From positions 1-64,000 of the forward strand of contig NIVC01000615.1 in assembly GCA_002269645.1 (NCBI GenBank): a DNA stretch of 64,000 nt. Direction: 5' to 3'. The notes under the pieces were generated by a model. The model ran no database searches. It was not told the DNA's origin and saw nothing but the letters and a program-made list of their open reading frames with translations. This document shows, piece by piece, positions 24,518 through 36,300 of the stretch; the first letter of the stretch is position 1, and the number at the start of each line of letters is the position of its first letter. Made by a program: the position numbers and the translations under genes. This DNA comes from Macrostomum lignano. Lineage: Eukaryota.

Positions 24518-27021
24518 TTAATACTAAAACTCTAGCGATGTTTGTGTGTATGTATGTATGTTGCAAGTGAACTCCTACAATTCTGCCAAGTCAGCGTTGA
24601 AACTTATATGGGAAAACTGCAAATTTTCCGGAGCAGGCTTTAGGCTATTTTAATTTTTAATTTTCACATTTTAACATCCCTAAAAAGCAGAAAACTGCTT
24701 TTTTAACCCCCAATAACCTTCTTTGGCCACTCTGCCTGGGGCTGCAGCCAGTTTGTAAAAATAGCCACCCCAACCTCCGCCCGCGGGCCGCTGTGTATTG
24801 AGGGGTGGTGGGTGCGAGTGGAAATAAAACCCCCCGCGTGTTGGGGGGTTCAGTTAAATTTAATGCTTCCCCCAGAACGGGGGGTTGGGCTTGGGCTGAG
24901 TGTACATAGCAGTTGTACAGTGTAAACAGATAGATAGGAATCAGGACTGTGTCGAGATTCAATTAGTTTTATTATTGGCGCCTTTTTTCTCCATAGGCGT
25001 CCCTGTGTATTAGCTTAGCAGTGAAATTCAATGAATTGCGAGCTTCTCTAGCAAGCAGTCGGGAAATCGGTAAATTTCAAACGCTAACTGTTCCTCGAGT
25101 TTTAAACTTTGAGAGGAGAAACTTATATTGCTGGAAAGATCTTGCAACGCAGAGTTCGAGGATATAAGTTGTTTGCTTTATATATGAAAACTAAAAGCTT
25201 TTCATAGGGAAAACTATTCCCATACTTTTAACTTTTTGGAAAAATTGTAATCAGTCTTGCGAGACGTAATAGATAAAGTTGGGGGGAGGGTTCAACTTCT
25301 CACTGCTGCTGTGTATTGGAGGGTTGATTTAGATTGACTGACTGACTGTGAAATAAGTTGCGCAATAAATTGATTCAATTAGTTCAATATTTTTATCAGT
25401 GCCTTTTGACACAAACCTGTGCGTAGTTCTAACCCTAACCCTAACCCTAACCCTAACCAATGAATCCGGAGAGTTGAGTTGTTTGACGGAAAAAATTCGA
25501 TTGAGTCCAGTTTAGCGGAGACGATTTCAATGTTTTAATTTTGACGAAGAGGATTTCTGTTTCGTGGAGAGGATTTCGATGGTGTTCAGTTTCGTGGAGA
25601 GGATTTCGATGGTGTTCAGTTTCGTGGAAAGGATTTCGATGATGTTCAGTTTCACGGAGAGGATTTCGATGATGTTCAGCTTCACGGAGAGGATTTCTGT
25701 TTCGCGGAGATAATTTATGATTGATTTCTGTGTTTATGAAGACCATTTTGACAGATTTAAGTTTCAAGGAGAGGATTTCGAAGGAGTCCAGTTTCACGGA
25801 GAGGATTTCGATGGTTTTCAGTTGCACGGACAGGATTTCTGCTTCGCGGAGAGGATCTTGATGGATTTGGCATCTTCAATCAGTCAGAGAAGAGAGTAAA
25901 GAGAAGAATGAAAAGAGAAGAGAGATGAGATGATAGAAAACAGAGTAGAAATGAGTGGACAGATTAGACATGACAGATGGGAGAGAAAAGGGGAGTAAGG
26001 CGGGAACAAAGGAGAGAGAAGAGAAGAGGAGAGAGGAGATGAAGGGAGAGGATATGAGAGAGGAGATATGAGATAGCAGAGAGGAGACACGAGAGAAAAG
26101 AAAGGAGGGATAAGAGCGTACAGAGGCAATAGAAGAGAGGAAAGAGAGGAGAGAGGTGAGAGGTGAGAGAAGAGAGATGAAAGATCAGAGATCAGAGATT
26201 TAAGAGAAGAAAGTAGTGAGGAGAAAGAAGAGGGTAAAGATGAGAGTGCAGAGAGGAGAGAAGCGAGAGGAGACAGGTAGTAGAAAGGAGTGTAAAAAAC
26301 AGGAGATAAGAAAGGAGAGGGTGAGTGTGAGAGCATATAGGAAAGTGTAAAAGGGGAGCAGAGGAGAGAGAATAGATAAGTGAGTAGAGAAGAGATATGA
26401 GGGAGGAGAGATTAGAGATTAGAGAAGAGATGAGGGGAGATGAGAGGAGAAAAGAGAGAATGGAGAGGAGAGAAAAGAGAGGAGAGGAGACAGGTGATGC
26501 AGTAGAAAGGAGGGAAGAAAGATGGTAGATAAGAAAGGAGAGGGTGAGAGCGTATAAGAGATACGAGAAATGAGAGCAGAGAGAAGAGAGAAAAGGGAAG
26601 AGAGAAAGTAGAGCGGAGACGATAAATAAGTGAGTAGAGATGAGATATGAGTGAGGAGAGAAAAGGGGAGAGATAAGAGAGAAGATAGGAGAGTAGACAG
26701 GAGAGGGTACAGACGAAAGACGAGGGAGAAGAGATACATAAGGGAGTAGAGATGAGAGGAGAGACTAGATATAAGATAGCAAAGAAGAGAGAGCAGAGAT
26801 GAGAGACTAGAGATGGAAAGCAGATTAGAGAGAAGAGATAAGAGACTACACTGTAGAGATGAGAGGGCAAAGAGGAGAGCAAAAAGGCTTTACAGAGAAT
26901 TTGGAGATGATTTGGAAGATGGGATTCAAGTCATGGAGTTTCAGCTGATGGATTTCAGGGAATGGAATTCCGGTGATGGGAGTTCTTCCCCTTTCTCCTC
27001 CAGAGGAGGAGTTCCACTCGT
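24518..27021 (+). mobile_element. Family-A unit 13 (last unit)
   Basis: CCCTAA tract 25430-25458; GA tract ~25885-26880 resembling unit 3; ends CTCGT followed by TTT flank. Confidence 0.75.
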
Positions 27022-29354
27022 TTTATATAAAAATATGTGAGAAACGAAGCGAAGAGCTTTAGGAGCTAAATAAAAAATAAAAAGCTCAACAATATTTAAC
27101 AAATAACAATTAGACCGCATCCTCCATCGATTATAACAGATACTATAGAAGGGAATAGGGCAAAGTCGCTCCATTGATTTTGCTACTCGACTTGGCGTTT
27201 CAGTTCCGTTTAGCCCTCATAAGCCTGTCAGTATAGTATTATTATTATGGTCAAGGCTATAAGCAAGGACCACTATAGAAGTGGTAGTGAAGTTCTAGGT
27301 GGTCCTTCGCTATAAAGCATGGACGCAATGCGGTATTCAGAGGCCGGCTTTCGCGGAAACAGGATGTTTCGGCCCTTGTTCTACAATGCTACTTCCAAAA
27401 GGAATGGCACTTCCTTCAAAATTTCCTTCTACTGTACAATTTTCATTCTTTTCTCCCCTCTCTACTACCGGTATCTTCCCTTCTTATCCTTTTGTCTCTC
27501 CAATTAATTTTTCTCTGCCTCATGGTTCTTTCTTATTTTCTAGTGGGATTCTAAACAGCACTGCATTAAATACACATTTGTACCAGCATTAATTTTTTGG
27601 GCCATAGTCCCATAGATCACTATTAAGTTATCAACGTTTTAGCGGCAATCTGGCATGCTTACTTGCGTCAGTTTAGGTAGCTGGAATGGTACTTGCGAGT
27701 TTTAGCGAGAAGACCACAGAACTTACGTTCTTATACTTACGTGCTTACTTACGGAAGTTCTGTGGAGAAGACTACACCATTTTACCCTCGATTTTGAACA
27801 AGGAGAACTTCGAAACTGACAAACTCCTCTTCAATATTGACACTCTATGGTCGGGCACTCAAAATCTACAATCAATATTGACAGATCAAGCTTCAATTTT
27901 GACTAACTCTGGTTCAATTTTGACAATGCACGTTTCGTCAACTTCTCCTAGAAAATTCGGTAACAACTAGCAATCTACGCCCCCCGTTGGGGAGCTAAAG
28001 AAATGAAATACACGTTTTTTAATAAGCTACATGTAGCCTTGAAATCCTAAAAAATCTCCTGTCAAACTTCTAATAGCCCTAACCCCAACCCTAAACATAA
28101 CCCTAAATTTAATATTTTGTCCATGAGTTTTTGCATGATGCTTCTATGATTTTTTGCATGACGCTTCCATGATTTTTGCATGACGCTTCTATGCTAAACA
28201 TTTTTAATAAGCTACATGAGCTAAGTTATAAGCTACCCTAACCCTAGCACTAACCCGAATCTTAACGCTATAACCCTAACCCTAACCATATACCCTAACA
28301 CCAACGCTAACACTAACCCTACAGCCTGACATCTGTATAAGTTTGTGAAGCGCTAGTAGTATTTTTTTAGCTTAGTATCTTAGCGTTGGGGAGCCAAAAA
28401 ATGCAGTACAAGTTTTGTAATAAGCTACATGTAGCATCACTTTGCAATATCTCTCTGCAATATTTGCATCTCTTTGCAATAATATACTGCTTTGCAAGCA
28501 GTCCCTTAAGCCTTGACATGTCAGTAATTCCCCCCCCCCACAAGTTTTAACATTTCAACTTCCCCTTGACATCTCAGCGATGCTCCCCATAAGCCATGAA
28601 ATCTAAAAAAATCTGTCAACTTTCTAACCCTAACCCTAACCCTAACCTAACCTAACCCTAAAGCATTGACATTTCAGTAATTCTCTCTAAGAGTCATTAT
28701 AGCACTACTACAGCATTATAGCGATTCCCTGCAAGCCTCGACATCGTAGGGATTCCCAAATGAATCTCTTAACTTCGACATGAAGCTTCTTATTTTTTAC
28801 ATTACGCTTTTTCTATCAGCGATCCCTCCCGTGAGGAGCCAACAAATAATGAAAAAAAGTTTTCAATAGACTACATGTAGCTTCTGACTTTAGCCTTGAC
28901 ATCTCATTTATTCCCCCATGAGCCTTGACATCTCAGCTATTCCCCTCGTAAGCCTTGAAATGTCAGCAATGCCCCCCATAAACCTTGAAATCTGAAAAAT
29001 CCCCTGTTAACCTTGAAACCCGCTAAAATCTAACCCTCAACCTTTGACACTACGCTTTGACATCGTAGCAATTCCCAAATGAATATTTTAACTTCGATAT
29101 GACTCTTCTTTTATGTATACATAGTGCTTCTTTTTTTTTACATGACTCTTCTTCTATCAGCGCCCCCCCCCGTGGCGAGCCAACAAAGAAGGTAATAAAA
29201 AAATTGAGTAAACTACATGTACTTTGAAGTAGCTTCTGACTTTTGCTTTGACATCTCAGAAACCCCCCCCCCCCCTAATCTCAGTTATTCTCCGTGAGCC
29301 TTGACATCTCAGTAATTCTCCCCAGCACAGCACAATAGCTTCATTTAATTTTTA

Positions 29355-30185
29355 CATGACACTTCTTTCATGTCTGACATGACGCTTCTTTTGATTTTTA
29401 CATGACGCTTCTATGATTTCTAAAATGACACTTCCATTAGTTTTTATATAAGGCTTCTATGACTTTTTACATGACGCTTCTATGATTGTTTATATGACGT
29501 TTCTATGATGTTTTTAGCTCATTAGCTTTTGATGTTTGACGCTTCTATGATTTCTTAAATGACACGTCCATTAGTTTTTATATAAGTTTTGTAATAGGTT
29601 TTGTATAAGTTTTGTAATTTTTACATGACGCTTCTACGATTGTTTACATGACGTTTCTATGATGTTTTTACATGACGCTTCTATGATTTTTTAAATGACG
29701 CTTCTATGATTTTTATATGACGCTTCTACGATTGTTTACATGACGCTTTTATGATTGTTTACATGACGCTTCTATACTTTTTTACATGACGCTTGTATGA
29801 TTTTTTTACATGACGCTTCTATGATTTTTATATGACGCTTCTACGATTGTTTGCATGACGCTTCTATGATTATTTACATGACGCTTCGATTTTTTTACAA
29901 GACTCTTAGATATGATTTTTTACATGACGCTTCTATGATTGTTTACATGACGCTTCTATGATTGTTTACATGACGCTTCAATGATTCTTTAAATGACGCA
30001 TTTATGATTTTTATATGACGCTTCTATGATTTTTTGAATGACGCTTCTACGATTTTTACATGATGCTTCTATGATTTTTTAAATGACGCTTCTACGATTT
30101 TTTACATGACGCTTCTATGATTTTTTTACATGACGCTTCTATGATTTTTTAAATGACGCTTCTATGATTTTCACATGACGATTCT
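29355..30185. repeat. ~22-24-bp minisatellite (ACATGACGCTTCTATGATTTTT)n
   Basis: Direct tandem repetition with variable T-run; lies inside B1. Confidence 0.95.
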
Positions 30186-30244
30186 TTTTAAAAAGTCTTT
30201 TAGTTTTCCTGACGTTGAAAAGCTTTAATTAAAAAAATTATACA

Positions 30245-30312
30245 CTATGAAAATTCGAACCATCGTCGCTGCATTAGCAGTTCAATTTGTTCACCTCTAG
30301 GCTAGCTCTCAT
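30245..30312 (-). promoter_or_regulatory. tRNA-derived Pol III A/B-box unit in B1
   Basis: Minus strand: A-box-like TAGCCTAGA (30304-30296), B-box GGTTCGAAT (30261-30253), T7 run ~15 nt downstream. Confidence 0.6.
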
Positions 30313-31269
30313 CGTTTTGATATCATCAAATTTTTCACTTATATAATTCAACACTCTAAAATCCAAGCATAGAGTAAATCACACGAAGCAGTTATGACAT
30401 AATCAGTTTCTCAGTCAGTCAGTATCAGTTAACAATATGGTTACGCAATTTAAATCAAGTCTGGTGCTACGCTTCCACACTGCATTTTCAATTCAAGTCG
30501 AAGTTACAATTCAGTGATGATGCAATCTATTTCAGAATCAGAATTCAACCAGTCAGTTTTTTCTCTAGCATTCTTACAATGCATTTCAAGTCGAAAAGTT
30601 TGCTTGACCTTTGCAAAAAAGCATGTTTTTCGAATATTTAATGCCTTTAGCATCGAGCAATTTCTTAGCCACGATGCATGTACAGTCACGGGAAAATTTC
30701 TGATCGAACAGTGCAAGTTCGAACAAAATCGGTCCAGCCATTTTTTCTCTAATCGATCACATAGACACAGACAGACCATTTTTAGTATATAGGAAGTTAT
30801 CCAATGAAAGCCAATGGCCTGATTGGAAAGGTAGGTATGCGATAGATTTCAGAAAAAATGGCTCAAACGATTTTCTTCAAACTTGCACCATTCGATCAGA
30901 AATTTTCCTGGGACGGTACATGCATCTTGGCTAAGAAATTGCTCAATGTTAAAGGGATTAAATATTCGAAAAACATGCTTTTTTGCAAAGGTCAAGCAGC
31001 TCTTTCGACCTGAAATGCATTGTAAGAATGCTAGAGAAAAAACTGACCGACTGAATTTCAATTCTGATAAAGATTGCATCATAACAATTTGAAAACAGTG
31101 TCGAAGAAATGCACACGACTTGATTTAAATTGCGTAACCAATATTGCTAACTTGAACTGAGACTGATACTGGCTGACTGAGAAATTGATTATGTCATAAC
31201 TTTTTTACTTTAATTGACTTGCTGTAAGAATTGAATTATAAGGGCCACAATTCATGTACTCCAATTGAA

Positions 31270-31350
31270 AAGAGATAGCCTAGATACGAACAGACTGGAT
31301 TGCCAACGTAGCGACCTGGGTTCGAATCTTTAGTGCAAAATAATTTTTTT
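31270..31350 (+). promoter_or_regulatory. tRNA-derived Pol III A/B-box unit in B2
   Basis: TAGCCTAGA 31276-31284, GGTTCGAAT 31319-31327, T7 at 31344-31350. Confidence 0.6.
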
Positions 31351-31394
31351 ATTAAAACACCTTGAAAACACGAAACTGCTAAACATAAAAAAGC

Positions 31395-32295
31395 ACAATG
31401 TCAAACATAAAAGAGGCACCATGTCAAATATTACATGGGCATCATGTAAAACATACGTGACTCTATGTCAAAAATTAAAGAGCCACCATGTAAAACATAA
31501 AAGAGTCACCATTTCGAACATTAAAGAGCCACCACGTCGAACATTAAAGTGCCACCATGTCAAACGTAAAAGAGCCACCATGAAGAACATTAAAGAGCCA
31601 CCATGCCAAACAAAAGAGCCACAATGTAGAATATTAAAGAGCCACTATGTCGAACATTAAAAAGCCACCATGCAAACATAAAAGAGCCACCATATCGAAC
31701 ATAAAGAGCCACCATTTCAAACATAAAACAGCCACCATGTCAAACATAAAAGAGCCACCAATGTCGAACATAAAAGAGCCACCATGTCGAACATAAAAGA
31801 GCCACCATGTCAAACATAAAAGTGCCACCATGTCAAACATTAAAGAGCCACCATGGCGAACATTAAAGAGCCACCATGTCAAATATAAAAGTGCCACCAT
31901 GTCAAACATTAAAGAGCCACCATGTAAAATATAAAAGAGCTACCTTGTCAAACATTAAAGAGCTATCATGTCAAACACAAAAGAGCTACCATGTCAAACA
32001 TAGAAGAGCCACCATGTCAAACATTAAAGAGCTATCATGTCAAACACAAAAGAGCTACCATGTCAAACATAAAAGAGCCACCATGTCAAACATTAAAGAG
32101 CTACCATGTCAAACACAAAAGAGCTACCATGTCAAACATAGAAGAGCCACCATGTCAAACATTAAAGAGCTACCATGTCAAACACAAAAGAGCTACCATG
32201 TCAAACATAAAAGAGCTACCATGTCAAACATTAAAGAGCCACCTTTTTAAACAAAAAAGAGACCCCATTTCAAACATAAAAGAAGTGTCATGCCA
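31395..32295. repeat. ~23-bp minisatellite (CATGTCAAACAT[A/T]AAAGAGCCAC)n
   Basis: Tandem monomers, more degenerate at the left edge; lies inside B2. Confidence 0.95.
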
Positions 32296-32474
32296 AACAA
32301 AATGAAACCATTATAAAGCTAAGGAAATTGTTGCACTAGCTACTTGTTCTCTGGTGGATGTTTGCTATTTAAAGATGGATACTTGCTTACAGGGGGATGC
32401 TTGCTCTTGTGGGTGGAGGGTCCTTGCTATCTGAGAGGGGGTTGCTAGATATCTATAAGGTATCTTTGTATCTA

Positions 32475-32935
32475 GGTTATGCTTGCTATCAGGGGTTGCT
32501 TGCTGTCTGGGGGATGCTTGCGATCTGGGGGATGCTTGCGATCTGGGGGATGCTTGCTATCTGCGGGATGCTTGCTATCTGGGGGATGCTTACTATCTGC
32601 GGGATGCTTGCTATCTGGCGTTGCTTGCTATCGGGGGGATGCTTGCTATCTGCGGGATGCTTGCTGTCTGGGGGATGCTTGCTATCTGGCGGATGCTTGC
32701 TATCTGGGGATGCTTGCTATCTGGGGTTGCTTGCTATCGGGGGGATGCTTGCTATCTGGGGGATGCTTGCTATCTGCGGGATGCTTGCTGTTTGGGGGAT
32801 GCTTACTATCTGGGGTCTGGGGGAATGCTTGCTATCTGGGGATGCTTGCTATCTGGGGTTGCTTGCTATTGGGGGGATGCTTGCTACCTGGGGATGCTTG
32901 CAGTCTGGGGGATGCTTGCTATTTGGGGATCGATG
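32475..32935. repeat. ~16-bp minisatellite (GGGATGCTTGCTATCT)n
   Basis: Tandem monomers; the reverse-complement motif recurs at ~48545-48780 and ~50980-51390. Confidence 0.95.
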
Positions 32936-33103
32936 CTTGAATGCTGTCTAAGGATGCTTGCTGTCTTATGATGTTTTGTTTTTAGAGACAATGTCTGTTG
33001 TTGTTTTTTGAAGGCTTTTTTTCGCTGTCTATTTGTTATTTGTAAAAAAACAAGAATTCTATCCAGATGTCCCCCATCGGGGGGCGAAGATTGCTAGTTG
33101 TAG

Positions 33104-33349
33104 TGCTAAAGTTTATTTTTCTCCATCCTTTAACACACACAGTCTAAAATAGCCTGACTAGTTGGGCTGCAAAGTCCGGTTCTATTTTGACAGAGTTTTG
33201 ACAAAATGAAGCGGACTTTTCGGGTACACAATCCATAGAGTGTCAGTTTTGAAGCAACTCTGTCAAAATAGAACCGGACTTTGCAGCCCAACTAGTCAGG
33301 CTATTTTAGACTGTGTGTGTTAAAGGATGGAGAAAAATAAACTTTAGCA
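33104..33349. repeat. Perfect inverted repeat (94-bp arms, 58-bp spacer); foldback/MITE-like
   Basis: 33104-33197 (TGCTAAAG...GACAGAGTT) is the exact reverse complement of 33256-33349 by eye. Confidence 0.9.
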
Positions 33350-36300
33350 TTACTTGTAGATCCAAAAAGCAAAGTCAGAATAAGCTGATTTTGCACAGCT
33401 CACTTCAGCACCGTTCAGGCTTTCATTGGATTACTTTGTTACCGAATTCTACCAGGAGAAGTTGACTAAACGTGCATTGTAAAAATTGAACCAGAGTTAG
33501 TCAAAATTGAAGCTTGATCTGTCAATATTGATTGTAGATTTTGAGTGCCCGACCATAGAGTGTCAATATTGAAGAGGAGTTTGTCAGTTTCGAAGTTCTC
33601 CTTGTTCAAAATCGAGGGTAAAATGGTGTACATTTGATCGAAAAATGTATGTGTCTTTTATAGATACCTTAATGAGAAACGAGAGAAGGGAGCTCAAATG
33701 CGAGCTCAAATTTGAGCATTCAGCTACAGTTGGGTCCATCTGGAAAGGGTCCAAATTTCCGCGCGGAAGGTGCCACTGCATTCAAATAATTGTGAAAACG
33801 CCAAGAACTAATTCCAATGCAGTCACCGATCAATTCAGTTTTTAACATGGCCAGGCTCGTTCACTCTGCACCAGTTGAGCCCATCGTCTGCTGGATGCAG
33901 CGTGGAAGGCGGAGGGGACGACCAGTTCCGCTAGACTTTCGCGACAAAAGACTTTCACGTACCGAAGTGATGTCGCTCAGGGGGATAGGGCCCGTCAGTC
34001 TCGCCTGCAGGGCCGGTCCTCATCAGGCGCGGTGGGGAAGAAGTCAGCTCGTCCCGTGATGCGAGAGCGATTTGGGGTGAAGGGAGATAGGAGAGGGCAG
34101 AAGGGAGATAGGAGAAGGGAGACAAGAAAGGAAAAAAGAGAAGTGAGATAGGAGGCTTATGATGAGGACGCACTTTTTTCCAAATTTAACGCTCGCACAT
34201 GGGTTCCAAACTTGCTAGCCTACTAACAGCAGGCTAATGGCGTTTTTCTCCCTCTTTTGTAATTTTTCTAGAATTCATACTAGTAGGACTTCTGTAGCTA
34301 TATGAATTTGCCATACTTGTAGTTATAATAACATAGGCGCGGTTTTTTGCTGCTTTTGGGTCATAAATCATTTCGTCTGAGCTGGTCTGATCAGCCACCT
34401 GCGCCTCACTCAGTGTTGAGACTGGCGCCAGATGGTCTGAGAGGATGCGGGCGGTAGCTTTTTTCTCATCATTTTGACAGGCCATCAAAATTTATGAGGT
34501 CAGGGCCTATTGTTCGTGTTCACTCAAGCGTGTGACAGCTTTGACAGCTATGCGTTTTACCCTAAAAGTACTTTGGGATTAGCGATTAGCGATTTCTCTT
34601 CATTACCTTCACTTTCTACTTAATAAGAGCTTTCTAATGTATATTTTTTCATTAATTTTTGTCAATTCTACGAGAAAAGTCATAAATCAATTTGTTGCGA
34701 TTTTGATTGATTTATGGCCGCACCCGTCATATTTTTACGACCCCGAGGGAACTGATAGGATCTCCCGGTCACGTGACTTTAGGTGGCAACAAGCTCAACC
34801 AATCAGAAAATTCGACGCTCATTTTAACAAATCGGCTCAGCCAATCAGAATCGACGTATTCCATTATAACAAACTGCGGTCCAGTTGGCGGCTATTTTAA
34901 TTAAACCGGTGTTTTTGGCCCGTTCGGACTAACCCTTTCTGGAGACCGGCCAGGAACTTGCTCTCTCCCTGGCCCGACCGTCGTTTCTTGATCCTCGGAT
35001 TGCGACTCCCCCCATCATCATCAAGGACGAGTCCCCCCGGTCATCAGCAGCGAACATCAAAGTTAAGACCATCACCTGCTAGCTATCTGCAAAGGTTGTG
35101 ACATCAGCACCATCCCGGGTCTACAGCTGCGAAGCACTAAGCCGATTCGGTCACTGTGGATTACCTGGTCTCCGGATGTTGAATTTCTGATTGGTTGGGT
35201 GAGAGGCTGCCTAGACTTGCTTGATTGGGTGATTCCCTATCTGTCCCCTGTTTCAGTAGCTGGATTAGGAGCACACTTTTGCTCATTTTGTTCAGTAGTG
35301 CTGTTACTGAGGCAGAAATCATTCAATAATACTTCTAGTAGTCCGAAGCTTCAATTTAATCTGATGTGTGAAGTGATTCAAGGAAAAGGTTAAATCTGAC
35401 AGTTATTTTTATCGGTTTTATTTCTTTGTTCGCCGATGGCTCAGATGAGTAGCTAAGCTAGTAGGCGCCGATCACAGTGGACCAATGGCAAGGCAGTTCT
35501 CAGTCGATCAATCTATCGAATCAGTTAGCGAAACTGCCAGTAGTGCAGAATCGGCGCCAGAGATGTACTTTGTGCACTCTAGGGTAGCCAAGCGGCTCGG
35601 GTAAATGAATCATGCGGTCTCTGAGGTTCGAGTTAGTCTATCATCAGCGCTATGAGAGGCTAGTTGGCGCGTTGAAGGCCAAAAGTACAATTCATGTAAA
35701 TAGTACATGTTTACAAGTTACATGTAATCGTACATGTAACTACCCCATAGTCTCGCCACTGCAAGAATCCCCTGCACAAGTCCCCTCTGTACCTGCATGG
35801 CCAATGCGATCTAGTCCCAGCAGTGTCCCTTATCATCGGCTATGACTTCGAGATTGACAGCAAAAAGACACTAGTTGGCAGTAGGTAAGTGCTAAGCCCC
35901 TCTAGTCGGAAGCCTGATTTCGAAAGTTCCGGTTTGGTGAGCCAGGACACACGGGCTGGTGGCAGCGGGTTAGTTAATCTGCGGATTAGCTGATCTCTAC
36001 CTTCAAAATTCTCCCTGCTTGTCTCTCGCTGTCCCTCTCTTAGCTATAGGACCTAGACTGCTCGCCACACGATCAAGCTACCAGGGGCTGACCATCTGAC
36101 AGGAGTGGGGGGCCAGGACTCTAATTGATTTATTTCTGAGACCTGAGGCCCGAAGGCTTCCCGAAATGGGCCGAAAAGGCCGAAATCTATCACTTAATAT
36201 ATTAAGTCTATTAAATTCTTAAATTCAGTGTAACAGCCAAAACATGAATCAATCTCTCTCCTCCATGCCGCCAACTGGCTGACGAAAAAGACGAGTCTTC

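Larger units (their letters stand above)
1..27021 (+). repeat. Head-to-tail array of 13 family-A non-autonomous rolling-circle-like (Helentron/HINE, DINE-1-like) elements
   Basis: There are 13 recurrences of the terminus CTCCTCC-NNN-GGAGGAG-TT(GGC/CCA)CTCGT, ending at 1228, 3432, 6229, 7463, 9879, 13079, 14313, 15949, 18414, 19657, 22044, 24517 and 27021. The first 12 are followed within 1-12 nt by ATACTAAA plus a GTCT/GTTT microsatellite. Internal modules are shared. The array continues beyond the left window edge. Confidence 0.85.
27966..30793 (-). mobile_element. Family-B HINE-like element B1
   Basis: Minus strand begins CCTATATACTAAAAATGGTCTGTC and ends GCTCCCC-AAC-GGGGGC...GATTGCTAGT. 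Removing it restores GGTAACAAAGT(T/A)ATCC of the host inverted repeat, with no TSD. Contains CCCTAA tracts (28078-28107, 28236-28320, 28625-28661), a tRNA-like box and a CATGAC array. Confidence 0.8.
30813..33098 (+). mobile_element. Family-B HINE-like element B2 (first ~12 nt missing)
   Basis: 30845-31130 is an inverted copy of the B1 5' block (30490-30790); ends TCCCCC-ATC-GGGGGG...GATTGCTAGT at 33098; contains a tRNA-like box and two minisatellite arrays. Confidence 0.75.
27773..33630. mobile_element. MITE-like element with ~200-bp terminal inverted repeats, interrupted by two family-B elements
   Basis: 27773-27965 (TACACCATTTTACCCTCG...GGTAACA) plus 30794-30812 is the reverse complement of ~33418-33630, with few mismatches. 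A TA may flank each end; superfamily not assigned. Confidence 0.7.

Noticed and set aside
4313-25899. ORFs with EILSVKLNT / FSFTERIS repeats
   Set aside because: They come from the 30-bp minisatellite (a multiple of 3); frames differ between units.
2553-26882. Long Ser/Leu-rich (minus) and Glu/Arg-rich (plus) ORFs, e.g. 4951-6141, 23402-24214
   Set aside because: They are translations of the purine tracts, which lack stops by composition; there is no domain signal and frames are not conserved between copies.
31421-32971. Cys/His- and Gly/Leu/Cys-rich ORFs
   Set aside because: Products of the ~23-bp and ~16-bp minisatellites.
35957-35968. TGGTGGCAGCGG, resembling a tRNA-Leu primer-binding site
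   Set aside because: No adjacent LTR-ending CA, no second LTR and no gag downstream.
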